Below, in pieces: positions 53,101 through 64,000 of a DNA stretch of 64,000 bases; the first letter of the stretch is position 1, and each line of letters opens with the position of its first letter. The DNA is from Balanoglossus misakiensis. Taxonomy: Eukaryota > Animalia > Hemichordata. The stretch is taken from contig CM082595.2 of assembly GCA_040954595.2 (NCBI GenBank), positions 3,147,943 through 3,211,942 on the forward strand, read 5' to 3'. The notes below the pieces were generated by a model that did not search any database, was not told where the DNA came from, and saw only the letters and a list, made by a program, of their open reading frames with translations. A program made the position numbers and the translations under genes.

Positions 53101-56100
53101 TTGACTGGGTAGATTTGAATGTGTAGGTGATTCTAGTCTTGTGGGCTGAATGTGGGTGAGGCTGCTTGCCTATGTATGCAGTGATGGGTGCAGGTAAGTA
53201 TTAACAAGTGACAATTGTACAGTAGAGATGACTTGCTCCATCTCCTGTGAACATTTCATGGGAGCAATTCACCAACGTTCTGATTCCTAGCATACCAACA
53301 CACACACTACCCGATACCTCTCTTCATTTGGGCCCTCCCAGTAACACACCAACACATTCACACACATTCAGTACTATCTTCACCTAACACAGAACCTGTT
53401 AACATCAAACTGAGACACTACTCACAAAATATCTGAACTCAACTCACCTTTTCATGAAGCATTGACATGTCCCCTGTCGGCGATGCCCTGGCTGCTGGAC
53501 TTCCACCAATCGCTGTGGTTATTACAGTCCGTGCACCTGCTGTACTGACCCATCCACCAATCACTGAACAAACAATAGAAAAGCTAGTTATTAATATGCA
53601 AACTTATGGTTTTGGTGTAAAATATAGATGTTATACCAAAAGTTTAAAATTTGTTGTCCCTGTAATGATCTGAATTTCTGTCCTGCTTTGATGTTAAAAA
53701 TGTTGTGAATTAATTTCCACCAGAAAAAAAAATAATGGCGTAATAAATTTACCTTTGTCTTTCATTTGCGGACTATCGGCCTGGTTTGGCCGTCTCGACC
53801 CAGCACTGAGTGGCCTTGTCCGCACGGACATCGGCGGTCGTGGCATGACCGGCGCCGATGTCTGCGACTGGGTCCATGTTGGCTGTGCGGGTGTGGCCGA
53901 ACTGACCAGATACGGAAGTTGTGACGAAGCCCCTTCTGAGAAGGTTATGTTGTCGTCCACAACTGCTATCGGTTGGCCCCACGCTGGTCTCTGTTGAACT
54001 GGTGGGTAAGTCACCTGCGAATCGAACGACACAATAGCGACTATTAGCGATTCAGTGTAACCATGGAGGGCAATTCCCTGTACAATATTTTTAACAAAGC
54101 TATTGTTTTCCTATGAAATGCACCGCGAATGAGAGGGTTAGTCGAAAATTTAATTTAGTCAACAATATAGCAAACAGAACAAAAATGTATCACGTGCACA
54201 CAACAGTTTTTTGTTGACTGAAATAGTATTAGCAGAGAAAGAAAAAAGGCAAGCTTCACAAGGCATGGATGGGCAGGGCTTTGTTACAGACTGATGATAG
54301 CTATTCTTCAACAATCCCTATTGTTCTTTTCAAGCCACCATGATACTGGACACAGAACAGCCCGTCCCTTCACAATGGCACTGTAGGCACGGACAAGCGA
54401 TTATACGCGGGCGTGTATTGATTGCGCCATTGACAGTTAGCAACGGTCACAAACACCGTCGCCAAGGCCAACAGGACAGTGGGAATTTAGTCAAGTGTGA
54501 CAGTAGAAGTCACAAATTTTGAAACATTTCGGCAAAACACTACTTTTTGTCAATTTTGGCCAAGATTGAATACTTTCTTTGGACAATACAGAGCTAAACG
54601 TGAATAAAAACATAACCAATATATAAAGACTCAAAAATAATCTACAATAGTTATGTATTTCTTTTTGTAACAAACACATACCCGGTATATAATATTTTCA
54701 TTAATTTTAAATGCATATTGCAAAGCCAACTTGAGAAGATATAGATACTTATTGCCTGACCTGACTTGTTTTGTTTTTTGTTTCCATGTATACTATCAAA
54801 ATTAAAATCACCTTATCACATCATGAAACAATGCTTGATAATGATCAGCTAATTTGTCCTGACCTGTATTAAAATACAGCCCCTGTAGTTTCCTTGGTAA
54901 CCACACAAACATTCTTATCATATTCCACTGTGCAAGGTTTTTGAGCCATTTCCGATAACACATTTGGACTATTCATTTATGATTAAAACCTACTGCTGAT
55001 TGACTTCGATTTTGTGGTTGTGAAGGAACTTCAAAGAAATAATCATTAAAATGTTCTAATTAGCAACTAAGCCTGTGACAGTACACCGATACACTCCAAC
55101 CTACAGACTTTGGTCTCACCCAACTGTTTCCAAAGGTGTGGCCAGACCCACATATGTGAAAACAGGTATGAGGAAAGATTACAGGCTTGAACATGGAAAC
55201 AAAGCTTTATTATTCATAACAACGGAAGATTTAAAACATCGTGACTTGGCTGTATAATTACATACCCCGACACACACTAGCTGCTTGTACGTACCCGACA
55301 TTTGACCGCTCACGTCTACAGCCTACGCAACCAATTAACACACAAATATCTTGATTTAATTCGACCCTACACCTCCCTGTCTATAAAGTGCACTCCACGC
55401 TGAATTGACACCATTGTGGGTCCCCACTAACTACATTCTGACCTCCCCTGAACCCATCGTCACGGTAACAACGATACCAACCAAAGGTGCTGGCATTCCT
55501 GTTGGTAACCACTGGATGTGTGGTGCGGTGTGCCCAGTAAGCCAATATGGCATGCCATATGTTCTGTACCGCCTCATATCTGATTTCTATCCACAAGGCT
55601 TAACTCTTTCGACCTTTAATATCCTGCTATCAATCAATCAATCCATCCTCACCAGTGAAAATAAAAGATTAAACTGGGAAACATCATAGTCATTTAGACA
55701 AACAGGTGTATATCAGACAATATGCAAATTAAGTATCCTGCACTCACCATTGGTGCATTTTCAATTTCAAGTTCATGCGGCAATCCCGAGTATCCGAATC
55801 TGATGACATCTCCAGGAGCCAGTCTGACGGCAGCGTTCTGTACTCGGCAGTCGTTGACGTAAGTTCCCTGTGCAGTGTTTAAATCTTGAAGTACGAAACA
55901 GTTCTCCATTTCATTGTGTTCGATTACAGCGTGTTGAAGTTCTACATTAGATGCCTGGAAACATACAAGAAAAAAGTGTGTAATTATAATAAGTATATCA
56001 CTGTTTTTCTTAGAGTATTAAAGCATAACTCTACAGGCTCATAAATTTTTCACAAACCACATAAAACATTAACACGTCCTATATAACCTGTCTAACCACA

Positions 56101-58483
56101 GTTGCAACAGAGGAAAAGCATTGGACCTTTCCAATTAAACCGTCCACCCAGATGCCAATAATTAATCTTACATTACTCCACCAGTTGGTCAAAAGTCAAT
56201 GGAACACTATTCCCTGTTAAGTGTTTCCTTGCTGCCATGGAAACCGTTAAACCAGATGTTCGTGATGTGACAGAGTAACACAGCAAGGAACTTAATCATT
56301 TACCAATAAACAAGAAAGAACTTTTATTACATGTTAACACATTTCACTGAACATTCCAAGAGTGTGCTAGACTGTAAGATATTGAAGTAAGACCTCACTT
56401 TGTTGACAGTGTTAAATGTGGCCGCCTTCAGCCATATTTGTTCAAGCGCACGTTGTTTGATTTGCTATTTTGCAATGTAAACGCGATAAAATAAAATCAA
56501 TACCTCTACACCAGCAATGAATAAAACTGTCAGCTATTATCTGTTTTCACAAAGCCAGACATGCTATGCTATGATTTGATAAAACAGGGACCTCAGCCAA
56601 TCAAATTGGCTTCACTCACCATTTCCCCTTCAAGAGAATCATCCTTTGAGTGAAAAGTTTACTGAGAGGGAGTTATTATACAACTGGTAATTTAACATTT
56701 TATTGACCAAATTATCAGTTATTTACTATTGGACCATTATGGAGGTGACAGAAAGATTGATAAAAAAATATGGATGACTGCCAGGGGGTCTGACCATAAA
56801 GATCTTTCTGAATCAGTCATTTGTTGAAAGTAATCAACTGTCTACCCGACATGTTTGTCTTTGTATTGGGCTATTCGACCATAAAGTTACACAATGGAAT
56901 GTACTAGCTTTAACACAGCAAGTGCAATGTGTGTGGAGTTTACTTTGTATTTGGAGGGCTAAGCCGCTCTTTTGTTTCATAATGACACATTTCACCCAGT
57001 ACAAGGGTACTTTACAGCGAGTTTCTAATCTTACTCAAGTCCAAAGCTGATATTCTGGCAATTTGCCATTCTTATCTTAATTATTACAAGTTGAATTACT
57101 TACTCTGATGGCCAATTTTCAAAAATCTTTAGGCAAAAGTGAATCCATTGCTTTGTTTACTGGTTTAAGCACACTCCAGGGTTTTAACATAGTGTTGACA
57201 GTACTACAGAGTGTATTTACTGCTACTTCATGTGTCCACTTGTTTCATCTTTTCAAAGGATTTCAAGTCTGTCCATGGTCTCTTAGCAATCAAGCTTTAA
57301 CCCTTTGATGCCCATTTCCCTCTTTAGAGGTCTAACGTTGTCCTTTCACCAGTCAGGGTGGTTCCCCCTTGGACATTTCCCCACCAGGATATATCCCACC
57401 CAACAGTCCTGGCTGGGGGTTGGGATGAGCCTGGTGGGGAAATGTCCAGGGGGTAACTGCCCTAGAATATATTACCACATAATTGTATTCTACTGAAATA
57501 AAGTGATTTCTATAACTTTCTGACTATAACTATTCATCTATTAACTATTCATCTCGCTATAGATAGTACCACTATAATTATGTCTTGAAGACATTGTGAT
57601 CTTTTTTCTCAACACCTGGCCACTGCATGTATATCCACCAGTCACTAACTGTCATGAGTAAACATCACATAAAGAGTCTACAAATACACCACAGACATAT
57701 AAAGTAGCCATTACTGAAAAAATCAACAACACTTAGTCGGTCAACATGCCTCCATAACTACGTAACTAAGAGTCCTACAGATTCATCAGTGTCATCAAGT
57801 CCACTAATTTTGATGTATCAATGATGGAATGAAATGTCCAGGTACAACACTTTTGAAAATAGCCCTGATCATGTCTCTTTTCAAACACTCCCTCTTTCTT
57901 ATGTCTTTTCATATCCAGGAGTGGCTGTTTATGAATAAATAAAAAGATGATTCCCAGTTCAATAGGGGTCAAGATGTTTGCTTGCAGTGTGTAACAACCA
58001 GTCAGGTAGCTTGCTAATTAATTAGAAAACAATAGCCTGTGTTTATTGTTTTACATTAGAACAAAGGCCTGGGCGAACAACAAAATGTTTGCAAAGTTGA
58101 CATGCAGAAACTGGTAAACGTGTTTGGTTGTCAGTGTGTATGCCAAGCCACTGTCACAGTGTCAGTAACTGCCTGATTTCTGTTGATAGTTTTAGAGCAG
58201 AAATTATGATCTTGTTTCTGCATATGAACTGCCATCATTACCACTGTGAGATGTAATAAAATATGTCCTTTTATGTCTGTTGTATTCTTTTACTGCCCTG
58301 CAATTGTACCCGCTTGGCATGTGTCGACATTTTTGTTAACTCACGCAAGACGGACAACCCTGATCTGACAAATTATTTTCTTCTCACCTGTATATTGAGG
58401 TCACATCCCTCTCTACCGATGGTGGTCGCTTTCGGGGCGAGCGGAAAGGCTCCATCGGCGCTGCGGAGATATCCTTTCATCAT
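41148..58483 (-). CDS. FHAD1: Forkhead-associated domain-containing protein 1 (N-terminal FHA plus long coiled coil); ~26 exons incl. 58483-58388, 55954-55748, 54014-53753, 53563-53448, 52294-52067, 51766-51449, 50729-50490, 50238-49966, 48683-48657, ~48105-48028, ~47911-47806, ~47659-47551, ~47376-47151, ~46834-46639, ~46522-46331, ~46209-46077, ~45794-45355, ~45108-45002, ~44493-44334, ~44056-43923, ~43592-43453, ~43161-42929, ~42686-42412, ~42144-42058, ~41751-41595, 41255-41148
   Basis: MKGYLRSADGAFPLAPKATTIGREGCDLNIQASNVELQHAVIEHNEMENCFVLQDLNTAQGTYVNDCRVQNAAVRLAPGDVIRFG matches the FHAD1 N-terminus as I recall it; LRRDLAGASARLSDMTGELSEHQK and GAQCRGERHEQVISRQREALAELRSRIK are FHAD1-like blocks. 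Confidence 0.88.
41436..41516. repeat. Pentanucleotide microsatellite (GTACT)n/(GTGTT)n
   Basis: Direct inspection. Confidence 0.8.
43204..43350 (+). mobile_element. Truncated copy of the TTAA-AGCTCC repeat family seen at 3275
   Basis: ttaaagctccattagctgtaactt is identical to 3275-3298, with similarity continuing ~140 bp. Confidence 0.7.
43703..43875. mobile_element. ~173-bp MITE with perfect 18-bp TIRs
   Basis: tagactctctcacagccc ... gggctgtgagagagtcta. Confidence 0.8.
57354..57463. repeat. Short palindromic element (MITE-like hairpin) in FHAD1 intron 1
   Basis: ccccttggacatttccccaccagg ... cctggtggggaaatgtccaggggg. Confidence 0.8.
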
Positions 58484-58599
58484 GATTGTCTGTTGGCGGC
58501 GTGGAAACCTCGTTGATTTTGGCACAGACGGGTTCAATGTCGCGACTGACAGCTGCTACAGCTCGCTGAATACACAGTTGTAACGGATGACCCGACAAA

Positions 58600-59170
58600 A
58601 GAGACTATTCGATTTCACTCTGGAAGAAAAATTACACACTCCGCGTAAGTCTCAGCTCATTACTTATCTCCTTAAGTCTTCCTTGTTTCCTTGCCGAGAC
58701 AATAATGTTCTGCGATCTCAGCTGACTGGTGTTCAAGGCTTAATTTTGTTGTTAAAATAGACGGACATGTATCCCGGCTTAGTGAAATCCAAAACACTGC
58801 CGCTAAGACGTTTACGCATGCGTAATTTACCTTAGCTACAAAACAGAAAAGCTTCCTAGCAACTTGCTCGGGTAAACAAAATATTCCAGAAATGTTATCA
58901 ATTAAAACGTAGCATTCATTTTTGAACTGTTAGCTGAAATAATACTATTAATGCATACTTTTTTTCAGTTTCTTGGCATTATAATAGAACTTTCTGCTGA
59001 AATTGAAATGTCTGAGAACATAACGGGGAGTGACGTCACAGGGACAGCAATTATATCACTGGAGTAATGATATAACGAACATTACTTGAGGTGAAAGGTG
59101 AAGGGTTGTCTGAGGTCAACTTGATTGCAGACGTATTTATCGTGTCTGGCGAGCGATTGTGACAGTGATT
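58600..59170. promoter_or_regulatory. Bidirectional promoter of FHAD1 and PARK7
   Basis: Start codons ~700 bp apart, head-to-head; palindrome ttacgcatgcgtaa (NRF1-like, ~58812-58825); X-box-like gcttcctagcaac (58851-58863); full CRE tgacgtca (59031-59038). Confidence 0.7.
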
Positions 59171-59176
59171 TTGACT

Positions 59177-59775
59177 ATGGCAGTTCGCAGGGCCCTTGTT
59201 ATCCTAGCTGAAGGAGCCGAAGAGATGGAAATGGTGATCTCGACGGACGTATTGCGACGGGGAGGAGTAAGATGCGCTCTAAAAATCAATCGAGAATGCA
59301 CAAGTTGCAAGCTTACAAGTTTCTACAGACAATAAACAATGGGGAAATATACACGAGTGGTGTGTCAATTACTCATTTATCATTGTTGTTTTTCTGTGAA
59401 GTCTGTTTTTCCTTTTATCTTACTCAAGATCAAAGTCACAGTTGCTGGTTTGAGCGGCCCACAAGCAGTGAAATGCAGCCGAGATGTTGTCATCACACCA
59501 GATAAAAGTCTTGAAGATGCAGTCAAAGATGTTAGTAACAAAACAAACATATCTGCATTTGTAACTTTTGATAATGTCATTATATTTTGATCCATATCAA
59601 CCGCTATTACAGTTTGCTTGGTTATGTCTAGATTTATATGATCTGCATCAACAATAATAAAGTTTGTTTTCCTAGCTGTGTTGTTAATATTTTATTGCCA
59701 ATTACAGGGTCCGTATGATGCTGTTGTCTTGCCTGGTGGGGCAATGGGATCTCAAAATCTTGCTGCAGTAAGTAG

Positions 59776-59850
<75 letters not shown>

Positions 59851-60648
59851 ACAACAACAACAACATGATTCCTCTGTAATTATCAGATTTTAATAGAAAA
59901 AACTCAAGATCAGAGCTCTAATTGCACTATTTTTTCTATCTTTTTAAACAGTCTGCAGCAGTTGGAGATGTTCTGAAGACACACGACTCTGCTGGGAAAC
60001 TGATTACTGCAATCTGTGCAGGTTGGTAGTGGTTGATCTTTGTATGTGGACGCGTTCTCCTATAATATCTGAGCTTTTTTATCTATAGAAATGCCCAAGT
60101 TAAGAAGTATAGGCCTTTAAGAAAATATTCAATGTGTACATTGAAATTGCCAAATGTATCATGATATGTTGACCAGGAATGGCATTGAACATTCATCTAT
60201 GACAAATAAAATTTATTGTTGTTTTATCTTATAGGTCCTACAGCTTTGTTGAGCCACTCTATTGGCAAAGGAAAGTCACTGACCTCTCACCCTGGTGTCA
60301 AAGATAAACTGGCAGGTAAAAATTGATTTGCTTTTCACAGTAATACTGGGCATTCCAGTGCCTAGGGCTGAAATTTAAATGTTTCCATGAATCGACTGAA
60401 ATTTGACAAGGAAATCAATTTTCAAGAAGATAGTTGGTGAAATTTACAATGTGTGTAACTCGCTATTTTCCCTCCCATTTTTGCCAGGTGATTACAAGTA
60501 CAGCGAAGACAGAGTTGTTGTTGATGGGAATATGATCACCAGCCGTGGCCCCGGCACCACTTTCGAGTTTGCCCTGGCCATTGTGGAGGCACTCAGAGGC
60601 AAAGAAGAAAGAGAGAAAATTATTCCCCCAATGCTTGTAAAGTTGTGA
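59177..60648 (+). CDS. PARK7: Protein DJ-1 / Parkinson disease protein 7; exons 59177-59266, 59429-59530, 59708-59767, 59952-60021, 60235-60315, 60488-60648
   Basis: [30 protein letters not shown]; [18 protein letters not shown]; [18 protein letters not shown]; AICAGPTAL (C106-equivalent); [32 protein letters not shown]. Confidence 0.96.
59778..59865. repeat. (CAT)n(CAA)n microsatellite in PARK7 intron 3
   Basis: Direct inspection; source of the spurious poly-His/Gln ORF. Confidence 0.97.
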
Positions 60649-62001
60649 ATGATGAGTTAGTGACCAGACTGAAGTGTAAAAAACAAAAAAAAAACAAATT
60701 ATGATGCGATCAGGAACGATCAGGAATGTTGATCTGCAACTTCTTTGTGCTGGTACACTTTTGTCACGTGAGAAATACATTTCTCGAGAAAGTTTCAATT
60801 TCTGAAGACTGTTAGCTTAGTGCATAGAGTTATTCAACAGATCAATATCTCTCAAGAGGTATAGGCTAGGTTTCTGCATTTCTATCATCCGTCTGCTTTA
60901 CAAGATCACTGTTCTTGTTTATATCTACACATTACAGTGGCCACATCTACACATGATGAATTCCAAACAAGAGGTGCTTATCCTCGGGCTGTTCCCATAT
61001 GTCAGTGTGTCTTTTGTGTACTGATCGAGACCCAACATGGTTGGAAACTGATTCAAACCATGCGGACAGTCTGTGACAGTAATCCACTGTATGTCAAAAC
61101 TCAACAAAGCAGAATGAGGATTAAAGATTATCAAGCGTGGAAATTTTAATCTTTACATTGATTAAAGTTACAATCTTAAAACCACCTGGTCTGATAGTGT
61201 CATTTGTCATCTGATTTTATGATTTGTGTGTCATATTAACAGCTAATATGTATAATGTATTATTTTTGGAGCTTGTATCATCAATCCAGAAAGGCAGAAT
61301 CTCATTTCTTGAAACTTGATACAGACAGTGATCATAAAAATACACTGAGAGACATTTAGCAGCGTAAAGTCAAGTAACTGCTGATCTGCGTGCCAATATT
61401 ACATGCGTGTGTTGAATATATTCACCAATGATGGACATTCAAACCAAGCCAGGTGGCTGGAAGATTAACAGTTATAATATTTTGCTACTGTAGAAACTGA
61501 AGGCAGCTCGGGAGGCAGCTATAAGTCTGACTTTCATCATACAAATAATTACATTTTTTCCGAAACTCAAGAGGCTTCCGACAAGCCCCATATTGAGCTT
61601 AGTTGGTACGAAGCGACAAGCAACATAACGGATTTCAGGGGACGTCACTCTGTTCGAACGAAATGGCCAGAAAAAAAAGATGAAGGTAATCTAACGTGAG
61701 CAGAGGAGACCTCCCCTGTAGGACATTATTAATAAATACACATTTGCCTGACTCTAAAACACCTTCCTTCAAAGAGGCGAAGATCTGGTGGAAGTTGCTG
61801 ATAAGGTAAGAGAAATTATACTATAGCCCTTGGGAAATAGTTCATAAAACAATACATTTAACATTGTTAATGATGTACAAGCTTGTGACTATTATTCTCC
61901 TCCATAATTTGTGCACTTGTTCTCTCACACTTTGTGACTATTTGTCCTGACAACTGGCCATGTAAATATACCTAAACATACTCTTTTATTTCAGAAACAA
62001 A

Positions 62002-62892
62002 ATGGATCTCCGAATAGTTCTTATTCTTCTTGCCGGAGCTGTGTTAGAAACAACACAGAATGTAATGTTATCTACCTTTATTTGCCGAATATGATGCACA
62101 AAGTGACTTGTAATACAAAACAACAAACCATGTCGTTTTCAATGATGTACATGGCAGCAGTTTCACTCTGCTTGATATCTCTAAAACCAAGTTACCTTAA
62201 TGCTAATTACAATCTCTACATTTTTCCCATTGCCTTCTGCTGCACAGAACTGCCCACGTAAGTGCCAAGTCAAATTCAATAGCAATATCTGATGCAAAAG
62301 TGGATGATACGTTTTTCCATTGGTTCAGTCTAAACCCATTGTTTTCTATGGGAAGGTTGTACCTCTAAAGAGGGAACTGGGGGTGAAAGGGTTAATATAG
62401 TTATAGGCGTGTACTGAATAGAAATAAACTCGGTTTTCACACATATATTTTGTTGTATATTTCCGGCCAGCATCATTCTGTTTGTGTAAGAGATATGAGG
62501 TGCACTGTCAGATGCCCGCAAATGCCAACACTGCAGGATTGACGTACTACCAATATGCCCAGCAGAAGTGCGCGGAACGGGGTGGCTACGTGGCTAACCT
62601 GCTGACTGCAACAGTCAACTCCAAGGTGAAGGAATTCATCGCGCAAGAAGGTCTTGATGGACCCCCCTGCATCGACAAATACGGGTTCTTCATCAGCTTG
62701 GGTGATTCCAACGCTGAGGGGGTGTACGTCTGGGGCAACGGACAGCCAATATGTCGGGACGCCTTCACAGATTGGGCCATGAATGAACCAAACAATAATG
62801 ACAGAAGAAACCCCGATGGACAGGACTGTGTACAACTCTGGTACATACTTATAATTGTATATTGGACAATGTTATCTTACAAACTGAATGAG

Positions 62893-62929
<37 letters not shown>

Positions 62930-63884
62930 GACTGACTGACTGACTGACTAACTGACTTACTTAATTAATTATTAAGTGCATTCATAACTAAAGTTAACAT
63001 TGTTAATTTACTAAGTAGGTAAGTAAGGACTGGTAAGTAAGTCTATTCATATATACTGGTATTTCTAACTATTAAATTGAATAATGTATAATGTTGATTC
63101 AGTCTGCCTAGAATTAATTACACAGTTATTTATTTAATTAAAATTATTTACATGCAAAACAAGCTGAATGGAGTTGATTAAATAATTAGTTGTATTTGTG
63201 TACTTAATTTGCATGTGGCATATTTGTAACAATGAATTGGAATATGCATGAAAAGTCCAGTTTAATTTTCAGGTTTGACTGCCATTTTTTACTGATTCCA
63301 TTGCGTGTTGATATTTCAGGTACAGATTTGGTCACAATGGTAAATGGGACGACGAGTACTGCAATTTCAGACCAAAGGGTTTCATCTGTGAAATTCCAAG
63401 TAAGTTCTAACTTATTTTAATCAGTAAACCTTTATATGGATGAAAACACATACATACATACATACATACATACATACATACATACATACATACATACATA
63501 CATACATACATACATACATACATACATACATACATACATACATACATACATACATACATACATACATACATACATACATACATACATACATACATACATA
63601 CATACATACATACATACATACATACATACATACATACATACATACATACATACATACATACATACATACATACATAGAAAATGCAAATGACGTCGATCTT
63701 AGGTATGTGGATGTATGTATGTTACAGATAGACATGTATCCACACACACACATACAAACAAACACACATACAAATGCTACATGTACATACAAGCCTTTAA
63801 GGATTAATTACTTTAAAATGTGATATATTATTCACCATTTCTGTTGCAGACCACTGTTGTTGCAGTCCTGATGCAAAGGCCTAA
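62002..63884 (+). CDS. Secreted single-domain C-type lectin (EPN type); exons 62002-62061, 62248-62257, 62471-62840, 63320-63399, 63850-63884; upstream non-coding exon donor at ~61805
   Basis: Signal peptide MDLRIVLILLAGAVL; AQQKCAERGGYVA; FFISLGDSNAEGVYVW; WAMNEPNN...DCVQLW...GKWDDEYCNFRPKGFICE; ends NHCCCSPDAKA*. Confidence 0.88.
62892..62962. repeat. (TTAC)n(TGAC)n compound tetranucleotide microsatellite
   Basis: Direct inspection. Confidence 0.95.
63449..63675. repeat. Long perfect (CATA)n microsatellite, ~225 bp
   Basis: Direct inspection; source of the MYVC and IHTY ORFs. Confidence 0.98.
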
Positions 63885-64000
63885 AAAAAGAAGATCAGGA
63901 CACTTATCAACTGCCAAGATCAGACATATAGTTACCATGCAATAGTTAATTGGATTAGCATGCATCCTGAAAAAGTGATGGGATTTCTTAGTATTTAATA

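Noticed and set aside
52817-53169. Pro/Thr/His-rich 353-nt exon in FHAD1
   Set aside because: Length is not a multiple of 3 and it has an in-frame stop; low complexity
59678-59893. Poly-His/Gln extension of DJ-1
   Set aside because: Intronic microsatellite beyond the GCA|gtaagt donor
63407-63823. MYVC and IHTY repeat ORFs
   Set aside because: Translation of the (CATA)n microsatellite

Overview
Eukaryotic, intron-rich, AT-rich animal genomic DNA. Gene content and repeat style suggest a marine invertebrate deuterostome such as a hemichordate or echinoderm (inference only). Most entries in the ORF track are spurious or are exon fragments, so gene models were assembled by hand from GT/AG sites and phase-compatible exons. 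Left to right: 5' coding exon of an unidentified gene (-); PXYLP1/ACPL2 (-); SLC25A36/33-type mitochondrial pyrimidine nucleotide carrier (+); EFHD2/swiprosin (-); an adhesion GPCR with a mosaic ectodomain (CUB-like, PAN/Apple, hevein-like Cys-rich, CUB-like, GAIN/GPS, 7TM) (+); a claudin/PMP22-like 4-TM gene (+); FHAD1 (-) head-to-head with PARK7/DJ-1 (+); and a secreted EPN-type C-type lectin (+). Non-coding features include an 864-bp non-autonomous DNA transposon with ~200-bp TIRs and a perfect 8-bp TSD, several MITE families and microsatellites. The best leads are the putative glycan-sensing adhesion GPCR built from symmetric phase-1 exons, gene order resembling the human 1p36/3q23 paralogous regions, a duplicated exon pair and microexons in FHAD1, a 10-nt microexon in the lectin, an orphan CpG-rich promoter-like block and two unexplained structured-RNA candidates. 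No prokaryote-type system (CRISPR, operons) is present. Exon coordinates were read by eye and may be off by a few bases.
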